Of a DNA stretch of 64,000 nt, positions 1 to 13,113 are shown one piece after another (the first letter of the stretch is position 1; each line of letters begins with the position of its first letter). Below the pieces are notes generated by a model. The model searched no databases. It was not told the DNA's origin and saw only the letters and a program-made list of their open reading frames with translations. A program made the position numbers and the translations under genes. This DNA is from Octopus bimaculoides. Its lineage: Eukaryota. The DNA is taken from the NCBI RefSeq assembly GCF_001194135.2, contig NC_068983.1, positions 166,727,024 through 166,791,023 on the forward strand. Direction: 5' to 3'.

Positions 1-1163
1 CGTCAATACGTAGACAGCCGGCTGTGTGACTAACAACAGTCAGCTATGAACCAAATGGTGACATAACAACACAACCAGACAAAAACGTGTTACTCAATTG
101 TATTTTTAGTGTCACAGTGAGAAATAATTTGATCTGGTTAACAATTTGTTCTAAATATATTTCTCAAATGTAGCTCATTATTATTTAACTCTTTTCATGT
201 CAACCTACCTGCGACCACCCCTGCCTTTATGAGACAAACTTCTTGTTTGAAATTCTTCTAACAAGTTTCATGCTAATTTATACGCTCCAAATACCAGATT
301 AATAACGACAAAGTTATTTTATTAAATTCTTCAGTATTTTCAACTTTAACTGAAACATTCAAACCAACCACAACCAACCCAAGTATTCTGTTTTATGATC
401 AAACGAGCCAGATCCAGCCTCTCACACCTACCCTACAATGTCATTCTAAAAATAAACAATCACATTGTAATACCTCGTAAAGTGAGGTATTACTGCATAT
501 GTTAGCAAAGTTGAGCCAAATGAGCATTTATTAAAAAAAAATTTGCTAATTTTATTTGTGTTGGGTGATTAGTTATTTAGGAAGAAAATTCAATTTTGTT
601 CTATTCTATATATGGAATTTGTTCATGGTCAGGGCGAATTCAGGTTAACATGCAGTTTAGGGGTTTAAAAAACATTAAAGTAAATTAACAAGAAATGATG
701 ACATTGAAATCATAAAGAGACAAAAAACAACAACAACAATTGGGCTTACACAACCACAACAACAACAACAAGCTAATGAATTGTGGCCTCCTTTACCTGG
801 TCTCTTGACTCGCTACACACAACAGCCAAACTTTTGTCAAATCACAATCTACTTTAGAAGTTATCCTATATGATAATTAAATGTATTATAATCTAGTTTT
901 ATCATCTTAATGAACAATGTAATAAAGTATTATTGTTTTTAGATTATCATTTTTATTATGTATCAATTTATTTTATTTAAGATATTGATTTCTTGCATAT
1001 ACACAATGATAGATACAATGTCTCAAATATGAAACAGGGAAATCATCAATTGAATGTTTGTGACATAACTTGTAAAAGGCAAACAGCAGCTACTGCGGAG
1101 AAAAAATCCTCTCTTATGGTAAAAAGTGCTTCCTTGATGCACCCATTGGCAGCTTTTTTTTCA

Positions 1164-1189
1164 TTATAGTTTAGATATGTAAGTTAAAC
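1164..1189 (-). CDS. Candidate terminal exon ending SLTYISKL*
   Basis: Strong acceptor tttgtttcttcag. Phase-1 reading GT TTA ACT TAC ATA TCT AAA CTA TAA fits exon 5475-5411. Confidence 0.3.
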
Positions 1190-1517
1190 CTGAAGAAACA
1201 AACATGTCCCTCTCTAGAAACCCTTTTGATTATAATTGTTGTTATTTTGCTATACTCAGCTCCATGATTCTAACTTCTTTGTGCAATGTTCTATTCACAG
1301 ACCATCATGAGACAAACTTCATCCAAGGGATCCCACTTTTCTAAAACCTTTCTAATGAGTTGGTTCATTATCATAAACATGTTAATTATAATAAAAACAA
1401 GTTAGATTATGTAGAAGGTTACAATAGCAAGTGACGTGTTGTTGAGGAAACTGTTTTCATTACTAATCAGACACAAAAAAGTAAGTCATATACAATTAGT
1501 GTTCATGTGCATGTGTG

Positions 1518-1553
<36 letters not shown>

Positions 1554-1577
1554 CATTGATACCCACATATCATTATC

Positions 1578-2330
1578 ATCATCGTTTAACATCCGCTTTC
1601 CAAGCTGGCATGGGTTGGACAGTTTGACTGCAAACTGGCAAGCCAGGAAGCTGCACCAGGCTCCAATCTGATCTGGCAGAGTTTCTACAGCTGGATGCCC
1701 TTCCTAATGCCAACCACTCCAAGAGTGTAGTGGGTGCTTTTTATGTGCCACAGGCATGAGGGTCATTCAGGTGGTACTAGCATCAACGATGCTCAAATGG
1801 TGCTTTTTACATGCCACCGGCACAGGAGCCAGTCAGGCAGCATTGGCAACAATCACGCTCGAATGGTGCTTCTAACGTGCCACTGGCACGGGTGCCAATC
1901 AGGTGGTACTGTCATCAGCCACGACAATGATTTCACTTGCCTCAACAGGTATTCACAAGCGCAATTTATTGCCCAATGATTGGAAGGTACTCTTAAATGG
2001 GTCAGTTATGCTGCACTGGCATAGGCCACGGTTATGGTCTTACTTGGCTTGCTGGGTCTTCTTAAGCACAGCATATCTCTAAAGGTCTCTGTCACTTGTC
2101 ATTGCCTCAGTGAGGCCCAATGTTCAAAGGTCATGCTTCACCACCTCATCCCAGGTCTTCCTGGGTCCACTTCTTCCACAGGTTCCCTCCACTGTTAGAG
2201 TGTGACACTTTTTCACAAAGCTGTCCTCAACCATACACAACACATGACCATACCAGCACAGTCGTCTCTCTTGCACACCACATCTGATGCTTTTTAAGTC
2301 CAACTTTTCTCTCTGGGTGCTTACACTCAG
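1578..2330 (-). mobile_element. RTE-clade LINE 3' relic with (GAT)n tail
   Basis: ORF 2124-2477 encodes CGVQERRLCWYGHVLCM...EG.CGRSGPRKTWDEVVKHDL, typical of an RTE ORF2 C-terminus. The same 3' UTR recurs throughout the window. Confidence 0.85.
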
Positions 2331-2387
<57 letters not shown>

Positions 2388-3591
2388 CACATACATAAAC
2401 ACATAAATAAATCCATATGTGTGTGTGTGTGTGTAAAAAATAATAGTGACATGACGGTTGTAAATGAGCATCACCATGAAGCAAAGGGGAAACTATGACC
2501 TTCCTTGGAAACTGGTGAGAGTTGGCAACAGGAAGGGCATCCAGCAGAAGAAAATAATCTGCCCCATTAAATTCCATGATGATGGTGAGGATTTTAATTC
2601 CAATAATATGTGCCTATGTTATAAAGCCATTCTTATGATTTAGCAAAATAACAAGTGTGCAAGGGACAAGGGATGTAATTCTGCAAGCAAAGCCTGTCTG
2701 TTATGCTTTCATTAGAATAAAATTCAATGATAACATCCTTGAGAAATGCATGAACATCACAACCTCTCATTCTTCCTTTTAAAACAGAGTCAAAAGAGAA
2801 GTGTGATGAATGTTTTGAGCACTTCATGGTGAACATAAATGCTGGCAAGGGTGAGCGGCTAAGAAATTCATTTTGTCACTCAATGGACTGAAGTTCAATC
2901 TCACTACGCAGCACCTTGAGCATGTATCTTCTACCACAGTGATACAGAGTGCTCAGGGGCCACACAGTCAAAAAATAAATATCAATAATAATAGATATTA
3001 ATAATCCAACGTTTAGGGTGGAAAATACTTGCCCTACCCCAGGTGCTGGCAAGCCAGGCAGTTACACCTGTCACCCCATAATCCTTGGTGAGTTGAATCT
3101 GGAAACTTGTCAGTGAGAGATTTTGAGTTTTTGGAGTGATATACATAATCTGTATCACCTGGTCTAAGTGACTCTGTTACCTGCCCGTGGGTACCTTTAG
3201 CAGAGTCAGTTCTGTTGCGGATATTCTGGACAAATCTCCAGTTGACAGGCGACCTCTTCAATTCCTTCAGCTTGTCTCAGAGATTTTGGAAGCCAGGATT
3301 AAGTGACTGACATTCCTCTTCTGACTCAGTCACACAAAAGAAAGAGAAAACAATTCTGCAAAGAAATAAATATGCATGAGCATAACAGGTTTTGTGGGGG
3401 GGGGGGNNNNNNNNNNNNNNNNNNNNNNNNNNNNNNNNNNNNNNNNNNNNNNNNNNNNNNNNNNNNNNNNNNNNNNNNNNNNNNNNNNNNNNNNNNNNNN
3501 NNNNNNNNNNNNNNNNNNNNNNNNNNNNNNNNNNNNNNNNNNNNNNNNNNNNNNNNNNNNNNNNNNNNNNNNNNNNNNNNNNNNNNNNNNN

Positions 3592-3631
<40 letters not shown>

Positions 3632-5410
3632 CTTACTTCTCTTATGACTTTTGCCAAGCAACCATCAGGCAAACACTTTGCAACAAGGGTGTTGAACCGA
3701 AATACCTTTCCATAAAACAATTGCTGCGTGTGTATGTGTGTATTTGTGTGCACGTGAGTGTGTGCGCTTGAGTGTGTGTGAGTGTGTGCGCGTGAGTGTG
3801 TGTGCATGAGTGTGTGTGAATGTGTGTATGCATGAGTGCATGCGTGTGTGTGTGTGTGTGCATGGCAGTAACTCAATATGTTTACAATTAGTGCAGAAAA
3901 TGTGAAAAAAATATAACAAGAATGTAGAAGAGAATTAGATATCCACCCAAACAGAAGTTTTCTCTCTCTATTTCATTGTAAATACAAATGTTTTTTTTAA
4001 AATTTATTTTGGAAATATATACTTCCCATACTTTACAAACTCTCTGTCTCTCTTACCCTCACCTCATACACACACATCTATATTTACTATCTGGTACTTG
4101 GGTAAACTCAGATATAATAAAATTCCAGTTTTCTAAGCACCAGTTCATTGACATACACACATCTGACAGGCTTCTGTGCAGTTTCCATCTACCAAATTTC
4201 ACTCATAAGGTTCTGTTTAACGTGAGTCAAAATTTAGTGTATGGAAACTTGCTGTCAGCATTTCAGTCTTTCAATATCCAAATATTTCTGGACAACACTG
4301 CAGTTTCTTTCTTTCCCTTATTGTTCAAAGTGAATTTGTTGTTGAAGGGACAGGTTTTGAAGTTTCCTTGGCACATTTTATTGAATTCAAGACAACTCAC
4401 TTCACATCGTTACAAGCATTTCTTGTGGCTCTTTACATTCTAAGTTCAAATCCTGCTGAGATCAACTTTGCCATTTATCATTTCTGGGTCAGTAAATTGA
4501 AGTACCAATCAAGTATTGGAGTTAATGTAATTGATTTACCCCTCCCCTCAAAATGCTGGCTTTGTGCCAAAATTAGAAGGTGTTATTTACTGCCAAAAAA
4601 TTTAAAAAATTATAAAGCGATTAACTCCCCTAAAAAGTTAGATCATTAAACTTGAAAGCTGAATAAAACCAAATATTAAGACTAGTTTGCTGCTTTTGGA
4701 TTAAATATTGGATAAATAAATAGTCTTTGAATTATCAATAATATGTGCTACAAGCCTGATTTTTTCCATATATTCCTTCATTATTTCTTTGTACAATGTT
4801 ATGTCTTGGTCTATATTTTGGTTATCAAGTCCTTATGGGAACATGTTTTAAGTAAACACCAAAATCCAAATAATTGGACCTGAATATTTTTAAAACAGCA
4901 CCTCCAGGTTTATTTCAATTTTTTTTTATATATATATTGTTTTCAGAATAAATTTTTACTATTTTACATTTGACAAATAAATTTCAAGTTGAATTGTTAA
5001 CACATCTGGGGTCTTTTACAACTTTTCATTATATTGTCTTATATCTATAGAGTGAGTCTTTAGTCATTAATCCATCTTTGGTTGGACACACTATCAAGTA
5101 GGTTGCATGTGAAAATGAAAATGAGTTTTTATCTATTTTTGTTAAGCCAGAATGTTTGTGTTTATGTGTACATGTATCTGATTTAATAAAACACGATTTG
5201 TGGTGTAACAAATGGAATAGTTAAAATTCTTCTCTAATACAACATCCTAGATAGTATTATGAAAATAGTTCATGGCTATTAAAGGGAGAAAAAATAGGAG
5301 ATAGACCAAGTGCATGTAAGTAATGTGTGTAGGATTTGACATCAAGGTCAGAGCCTTTTGTCAAACATGACACAAGTGAGGAAAAGTAAGAGGATAAGAG
5401 ATCAACTCAC

Positions 5411-5475
5411 TGAACAAAGCGACATGGATCCGTGTGACTTCTTGATCTGGGGCAGAGATCATCAGATTTTTAGAA
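5411..5475 (-). CDS. Candidate exon of the same unidentified gene (SKNLMISAPDQEVTRIHVALF)
   Basis: Acceptor ttttgcttacag, donor A|gtgagt. The single open frame (phase 2 to 1) fits exon 6983-6839. Confidence 0.35.
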
Positions 5476-6838
5476 CTGTAAGCAAAAGTTTCTAGAACTT
5501 TTGATTAAGCTATTTGGCAAGAAAACCCACACACTTCTTTGATGTTCACTGTGTCGACCATAACTGGTCAACTAATATTGATTGGTCAAACCATATTGTG
5601 AAGGCATTAATGTCTTTTGTGGTAGTATTGTACGTTATGGTCCTGAACATAAAAGTATGTCATAAAATACTTCGTGGCAGCTTCTTCATGCAATCATTTC
5701 AGTTAAAAAAAATAATTTATTTGCCTTTCAATTGTTATAAGGTCATAAATTTTGGAAAAGGTAGAACTAGTTTAAAATGATCCAAACTATTCCAATATAT
5801 GACAGGTAATTATTTTATTAAACCCAAAATGATGACAAAAAAAAAAAATCAACCTTGATCGGTTTTGAACTGAAAGACTGTGAAAGTATGAAAGGCATTT
5901 TGACTGGCAAACTCTACTGCTCCTGCCATTTCACCACCCACACTTAAATAGGAAAGAGGAATGACAGAAAGAGACCATAGGTACAGGTTTGAACATGGAT
6001 AACGAGAGGACTTCTATGAAAGTCTAACTGTGAATACAATGGCAAAGTCTGAGACGTTTTGTAGCAAACATTTTCAATTAGAATACTGCAGCATTATCAC
6101 TAATCCAGAAGTGGAGTAAGTTTCTGTTCTAAAAGCTAGGAGAGATAGAAAATGGAAGTGGGGGCTGTCATAAAAAAAAAAGACTAATTACAGGATTTAA
6201 TTTTAGGCCTCATAAATTTGACTTCCATCTCATTACATTTTGTTTTCTTTAATAAATTTTATAAATATAATAATAATGTTCACCCAGTTGAATACATCTA
6301 GTTTACTAATATTCCTGTGTAGCTAGGTAAAAATTACCAGGGGGTAATTAATTTCCCCCTGTGATTCTAGACACTTGTTTAATACTCAGTTATGAAATAG
6401 AGCTTAAAACAAGGACCCAGATCTTATAAAATACCCACCAATGAAAGTATAGGGATTATTAAGAAGGTGGATTGTATTGCGTGACTGTCTCAAACTCAAC
6501 CAGTTTTCTTTGGGCTATGATAGGATTAATATCAATTGTCCCTTTTTTTGTCTTTCCAGTAGATGTTTCTTTTAAAATTTAAATCTTAAAAGACTTTTGA
6601 TTACTTAAATTAGGATAAATAAAAAAAATTAAAAAATAGAGGAAATAAAAGAAGTGAGATAGTAATGGTCACCAGCTTAACATTTTCCTTTATAGAAATT
6701 ATAGACAGAAATTGTATTAGTTACCAGTTTATAAAAATGTTGCTTTAACCTATCAACACCCACACACACAATGTCTAGGTATTGACAGATATAGCACATG
6801 ATACTGTGGTATGTGTTACACTAAGGCGTAACACATAC

Positions 6839-6983
6839 CACAATAAATTCAAATAGTGAAACCAAAGTAAATTTAAATCGACTTCTACACTATGTGGCAA
6901 AAAAGACCTCCTAGATTCAGCATCCTTGATAAATGTTTCAATAGCAAACACACAATGTACAACAATCCAAACCACAACAGGTA
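6839..6983 (-). CDS. Candidate exon of an unidentified gene (PVVVWIVVHCVFAIETFIKDAESRRSFLPHSVEVDLNLLWFHYLNLL)
   Basis: Acceptor tttatattttag, donor TG|gtatgt. Open in one frame only, phase 1 to 2. No homology recognised. Confidence 0.35.
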
Positions 6984-7389
6984 CTAAAATATAAAACAGT
7001 TGAACATCAGCTACTTAAAGACATCGTTACCTTCTGCCTATCTTTACTAGTGTCATGACAATGGTTGTGTGAAATATGGGAGGTTTTTCTGCTGTACCTT
7101 GTATTAACAAGAAAAGAGACAAAGTAAGTAAAAAGTGTGAAGGTGAAATATTGATATATTTGTAATACGATCCCAACTTCTGAGTGACAGTTACTCTACT
7201 TAATGAGAAAAGAGCAGACAAGGGTAAAAAAAGAAAACAACCTTCTCTCTGCTAAAACCAACAGCTAAATGGGCAAAACATTTACAATGGGGCCCCATGA
7301 GAGTTGCAGTATTAGCAACATATTAGATACAAAAATCATCTGCCAAGCAAACTCAAAAAGGATTTCACCAAGGAGAGGATGAATCGATG

Positions 7390-7710
7390 ATGGTGCTTTT
7401 ACGTGACACCGGCACGAGGGTCAGTCAGGCAGTACTGGCAACAGCCACACTCAAAATGGTGTTTTTTACGTGCCACCTGCACAGAAACCAGTTCAGCGGC
7501 ACTGCAATGACCTCGCTCGAATGCTTTTTTCACGTGCCACCGGCACAAGTGCCAGTAAGGCGACACTGGTAACAATCACACTTAAATGGTGCCATTGACA
7601 TGCCACCGGCACAGAAGCCAGACAGCTGTTCTGGCAATGATCACGCTCAGACGGTGCTGTTAGCACTTCACTGGCACAGGTGCCAGTCATCGAATTTGGT
7701 TCAGTTTCCA
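7390..7710 (+). repeat. Minisatellite-like internal repeats from the RTE 3' UTR family
   Basis: Repeated ~60-nt units (tggtgctttttacgtgccaccggcac...gccagt...) shared with 1730-1930, 30000-30180, 32071-32200 and 33968-34110. Confidence 0.75.
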
Positions 7711-7837
7711 CGATTCATATTCAAGTTTTGTCTTTAAATGTTGTCTTGTTTAAAATCTGTGAAGATTTGAGGTGTTATTTGTAATTTCAGCCATATAACA
7801 TTATATAGATATTGCTTGATATTGTAAACATGGTAAA

Positions 7838-8156
7838 TGTGCATGGCTTAGTGGTTAGGGCATTTGGCTCACAATTGTAAGGTCATAAGTTCAATACCCA
7901 GCAGTGCATTGTCCTTGAGCAACATATTTTATTTCCTGTTGCACCGGTCCACTCAGCTGGTAAAAGTGAGTTGTACCTGTAATTCAAAGGGGCCAGCCTT
8001 GTCACACTCTGTGTGCCATGTTGAATCTCCCTGAGAACTCTGTTAAGGTTATGTGTGTCTGTGGAGTGCTCAGCTACTTGCACATTAATTTCACAAGCAG
8101 GCTGTTCCGTTGAATGGATCAACTGGAACCCTCATTGTCCAAACCGACAAAGTGCT
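7838..8156 (+). mobile_element. tRNA-derived SINE (CpG-decayed copy)
   Basis: A-box/B-box-like head (tggcttagtggttag...agttcaatac). Body is the reverse complement of the 55585-55960 copy. Confidence 0.8.
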
Positions 8157-11100
8157 ACATGTAAACATGGTGGCAAATTTTTATTTGGAAACAAATGATA
8201 TCAAACACATTCACATCAAACCATCAACTCAAACATTACAGTTATCTCGATATGACCACCTTCCTTGAAAATACAGACTCATGCACCCTCACCCAGGCCA
8301 TCTGTGCCTCCATCCCATATAGCCAATCCTTGTCCACTTGGGGTCAAGTTGTAAATTAATTATTTACCATTAATGTGAGACTAAAAATTAAACTTTTGCA
8401 TCAACTTCAAATGACTATTTTCTGGGAGGAACCCCAGTTGGCATGTACAAAATTTCAATTACAAGACTTTGGTTGGCTCAAGACTACAGCAGAAGACACT
8501 TGCTGGAGGTACCATGCAGTAGAACAGAACCCAAAACAATGTCACTGCTAGTAAATTTCTTACCCACACAACCAACAACCATGCCTGTCCTCAGAATAAT
8601 GGAAAGAAAAGAGGAAATAGATACCAAGACATGAAGAGTAAATTCTTTTGGCAGTTTTGCGTTTTATAATCAGAAAGTGAAAATTGAAATATTGACCCTA
8701 TTTGGCAATCTTCAGATGAATGTGTTAAAGAGGCTACCCCAATGTTTTTAGTTTCGAAGATGGCAATCCCTGCCACCACAAAAAATTGCTTTGAAATATT
8801 TAATCCTCTCCGCCTCCAATTTTTTTTTTTAATTCCCCGTTAAAAAAAGCAAGAGAATATACTTCTAAAAAAAAACATTGTTTTTTTTTTTTCACATTTC
8901 TGGAGGGGGTGGTGACGTTAATCTGTTAATTTTGCACTTTCACTTGGTGATCGTAAGACGAAAGAATGCCATATTTTTTTTAGGGGTGTAGTTTTTAGAG
9001 TGACTGGGGAAAGTGTAGATGATATCTGTGCAAGGAAAGGATGGCGAAAACTATAACAAAAATAAACGTTGAACGAAAGGAAATGCATACGAGAATGACA
9101 AGATTACCAGAATAAACATGTAATCATGTCTAATAATACTTAAAAAAAAAACAGTGAAAGGGAATTACTTAAGAGAAATTGCGTGTGGAAAGAGGAAAGA
9201 TCATAGAAAAACGAGTAGGTGTTTGACTTCAGATTTCCAGGTCTATGATATTTTATTCCACCTCATTTAAGAGACACCCAAATGTTGAAATTACGAGACG
9301 AGAAGTTTCCGTTATTAAAAGGAATTTGCTTTGCTTCCTTCGTATATATATAGCTATTAAAGGCTTATTCGAAAGTTATTAAAGTTAATTACGGAACACA
9401 GTTTGTCATGCGTCCCGTTTTTGAAATAGGTTCTCGGTGCAATGTTTAAGAGTTTGGTTGGTATATAGAATATCATCAGAGTCTCTGAGAGGAAATGAAG
9501 TGAGCTGGGAGTGTTTAATTTATTTTGGGACACCGTGTCAGGATAGATGTGAAAAGGGGACAGTAACGAGGAGGAGGAGGGCGGAAACAGAAGTGAAAAA
9601 AGATAAAAGAATCATAGATCGGTAGATGGAAATGGAAGGATAACAGTGGCGGCTAACAAAACAAAGAGAAAAATCAATAATAATAAGTTTGTTTCAATTT
9701 TTCATTCATTTCCACTATTTTAAAAATATCTAAAAGTTGAGAGCAATAAGTTTTATAACCTGGTTAATGAAGACAGGAAATGCTTTCTTGCAAATTTGTT
9801 AATTTTTGTCTCTAAACAGAAGTTATTAAGAGCAAAAAATAATTATCGTATAAAGGAAAGCGAAGCCTAATTTTTAATAGCTTAAATCATTTCCCAATCT
9901 ACTTTGCAAACTATATATTTCCTTCCAAACCCCGTCCGATTACTTTTATTTGAAGAGCAACGAAGTCAATATAACATTTGCTAAATGCAAGTCAGAATAT
10001 GCTTCGCTGAGAAGGGCTAACAAGACCAAAACATGTCCGGAGTTATCCTACATACCAACGCTCAGCCCACCCCTCCCCTCTCCACAGCATGCTTCCATTC
10101 AGTTTGGATTTCTGAGTTGGTTCTTTTGCTTTCTTAACAAGTATTGTCATCGGAGTGATGACTTTGTTCTTGCTAAAACCTATAATTTAAATTTGGTATA
10201 CTTTTGAAGAGAGAGGGGAGCTCACAACATTTAAGTCAGTGCTCCAATTAACTATATATTATACATACAGAAGACATCCCTGGGAAATGTTCTCTTGGCA
10301 ATCTTACACAAGCCACGCGTCAGGGAGATAATTATTTCATTACTTTTATTTACAAGGAAAATATTTCAATGAACTTTTTTTATAAGATACTAAGAATTAA
10401 AAAAAAAATTATATCTATTTTCCGTTGTTCTTTTTCCATGTTATGATATGCTTTCTACGTAATGCAAAGAAAGCGCTGACTTATCAGTCTGTTCTTGGGG
10501 GAAATCATGGAAAAGGCAAAAGATTATAATTCAGGATGAAATTTATCTAAATATCTAAAATTTTCATTATTTTTGAATACCAGAAAAACACTGGTGATAA
10601 AATAATAACATTAACAGAAAGAAAAAAAAACCGGCATTCTTTAACGAAAGATTGCCAAAAAAAAAACTCTATAAAGCATTGTTTTTTTTTTCTAATTTAA
10701 ATATATTCGTGACTTACTCCAAAACTGTGTAAACGAATTTCTCTTCTGGCTATAACATCTCAATTATCCTTGATATTTTCTTTTTAATCTTCTTAGTGAA
10801 TCTGGTGAAATGGTAAAGTCATGAAAATAGGATCAGTGACATAGTTCTTCGTACGTATAACAACAGTATCAGGGTGAAAGACATTGGTAGAGTAACAAAC
10901 CAATATTCTTTCTCTTCCGCCCTCCAATTCGCTCTTTATTGTCTTAAAGCTCATTAATATTCATAATTAAGCTCATTAATATTCATAATTATGGTTTCAA
11001 AATTTGGCACGAGGCCAGCAATCTCAGAGGTTAGAAGTTAGTCGGTTACATCAGCCCCTGTACTTGGCTGGTACTTCATTTTGTCGATTCCGAAAGAATG

Positions 11101-11227
11101 AAAAGCGAAGTAGACGATGGCGGGATTTGAACTCATAATTCTTAACAACGTGATTAAAAAAAAAAAAAAAATCCTTTTTGGATTTCGTTTACAAGATTCT
11201 TTATGTGGGTTCGTGTGTTGAAGCATA

Positions 11228-11505
11228 TTCTGTTGTGTCTGGGGAGAGTCATTCTCTTTTAGTGCCTTATAATTTAACACTCACCGGTAAAATTTCCACT
11301 CATTTACTTATTTTTCTAGAATTTTCTTTGCGTCTTGCAACCTTTTCAATAGTTTTTGACCTTTATTATTGAGTCAACAACTATTGGAAAGCTTGCAAGT
11401 CGCAACGAAAATTTTAGAAAAATAGATAAGTAAATGAGTGGAAATTTTACCGGTGAGTGTGTTAAATTATAAGGCACCAAAAGACAATGACTCTCCCCAG
11501 ACAAT
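11228..11505. mobile_element. Foldback MITE (near-complete palindrome)
   Basis: Arms ctgttgtgtctggggagagtcattctcttttagtgccttataatttaacac... and their reverse complement. An internally deleted copy lies at 16832-16987. Confidence 0.85.
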
Positions 11506-11799
11506 AAAAAAAAGTTAGACGTCGAAACTTATACAAGCAGTGAATGCTGAGGCTTCTCCGATCATTTGTAATTAGCTAAGTCTTAATTTCAAAACTGCTT
11601 CTTCTAAAACTCCAAAAATATCTTTTAGTAACACAAAAGTAACTTTTGCAATGATATTCATTGAGAAGCGAAGAACCAGCGATGATAATAGCTTCTAAGA
11701 AGTAAGGGTTCGCTAATGTCTTGAGACTGAGATTAGGAAAGAGCCAGACGCTATAACACCCAACGTCCAGGAGCTGAAAAATAGGGGTACATCTAATCT

Positions 11800-13113
11800 G
11801 GGCATAACTACAGATTCGTGCCCACCACCACCCGACTTTGGACGATCATAACTTTCAGAAAAATGGATATTTTTAATGAAATTTTCTACGAATATGTGTT
11901 ATATCATGTAGATTCTGAATATATAAAACTTTGGGGGTGGGGAAAGTGTTTTAGGAGGTGGGATTTCGGAAAATTCACCGGCGTCCACTTCAATTCGTCT
12001 TAACTTTCAAGAAAATACATATTTTTTAATGAAATTTTCTACAAATATACCTTGGATTATTTAGATTCCGAGAACATAGGAATTTGGGGGGAAAACAATT
12101 CGGGGTTACTTTTGAGGACCGTTCCCCACTCGGTGGTGTTTCGGAACAAGTCGTCCATATTTGTTTCATTTTCTCCGTTTTGTACATCCGTAGATTTGTA
12201 CTGAAGCCGCAGGCAATTAAGCTGTCACCAGAAAACTCGTTATGCTAAAAATAGCAGCTAAAGGCCTAAACGTTTCTAACAGAAAGACATTGAATGGAAT
12301 AATTNNNNNNNNNNNNNNNNNNNNNNNNNNNNNNNNNNNNNNNNNNNNNNNNNNNNNNNNNNNNNNNNNNNNNNNNNNNNNNNNNNNNNNNNNNNNNNNN
12401 NNNNNNNNNNNNNNNNNNNNNNNNNNNNNNNNNNNNNNNNNNNNNNNNNNNNNNNNNNNNNNNNNNNNNNNNNNNNNNNNNNNNNNNNNNNNNNNNNNNN
12501 NNNNNNNNNNNNNNNNNNNNNNNNNNNNNNNNNNNNNNNNNNNNNNNNNNNNNNNNNNNNNNNNNNNNNNNNNNNNNNNNNNNNNNNNNNNNNNNNNNNN
12601 NNNNNNNNNNNNNNNNNNNNNNNNNNNNNNNNNNNNNNNNNNNNNNNNNNNNNNNNNNNNNNNNNNNNNNNNNNNNNNNNNNNNNNNNNNNCTTTCCTTT
12701 GTGTGTGTGTATGTGTGTGTGTGTGAGAGGACTAGAAATTTACGGATGCACAAACGCACAAAACGGAGAAAATGAAACAAATATGGACTTGTTCCGAAAC
12801 ACCCCCGAGTGGGGAACGGTCCTCAAAAGTAACCCCGAATTGTTTTCCCCCAAAATTCCTATGTTCTCGGAATCTACATAGTCCGAGGTATATTTGTAGA
12901 AAATTTCATTAAAAAATATCTATTTTCTTGAAAGTTAAGATGAATTCCACATCCCCTCCTAAAACACTTTCCTCACCCCACAGAGTTTTGTATATTCGGA
13001 ATCTACATGATATAACACATATTCGTAGAAAATTTCATTAAAAAATATCCATTTTTCTGAAAGTTATGATCATCCAAAGTCGGTGGGGAGAACAGGAATC
13101 TGTAGTTATGCCC
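11800..13113. mobile_element. Non-autonomous DNA transposon with ~400-bp terminal inverted repeats
   Basis: Ends gggcataactacagattc ... gaatctgtagttatgccc. 11800-12200 is the reverse complement of about 12740-13113. Centre is an assembly gap. Related relic at 14732-15040. Confidence 0.8.

Noticed and set aside
3034-3295. ORF continuing through an in-frame TGA (QNL*DKLKELKRSPV...), considered as a selenoprotein or readthrough
   Set aside because: No SECIS-like element seen and all frames are interrupted; better explained as a decayed retroelement fragment.
7031-7200. Exon-like segment (GTAEKPPIFHTTIVMTLVKIGR on minus; MGGFSAVPCINKKRDK with gtaagt on plus)
   Set aside because: Phases do not fit exon 6983-6839, the two strands give competing readings, and no homology was recognised.
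10948-10991. 22-bp tandem duplication aagctcattaatattcataatt
   Set aside because: Simple local duplication beside a SINE; both copies are on one side, so it is not a TSD.
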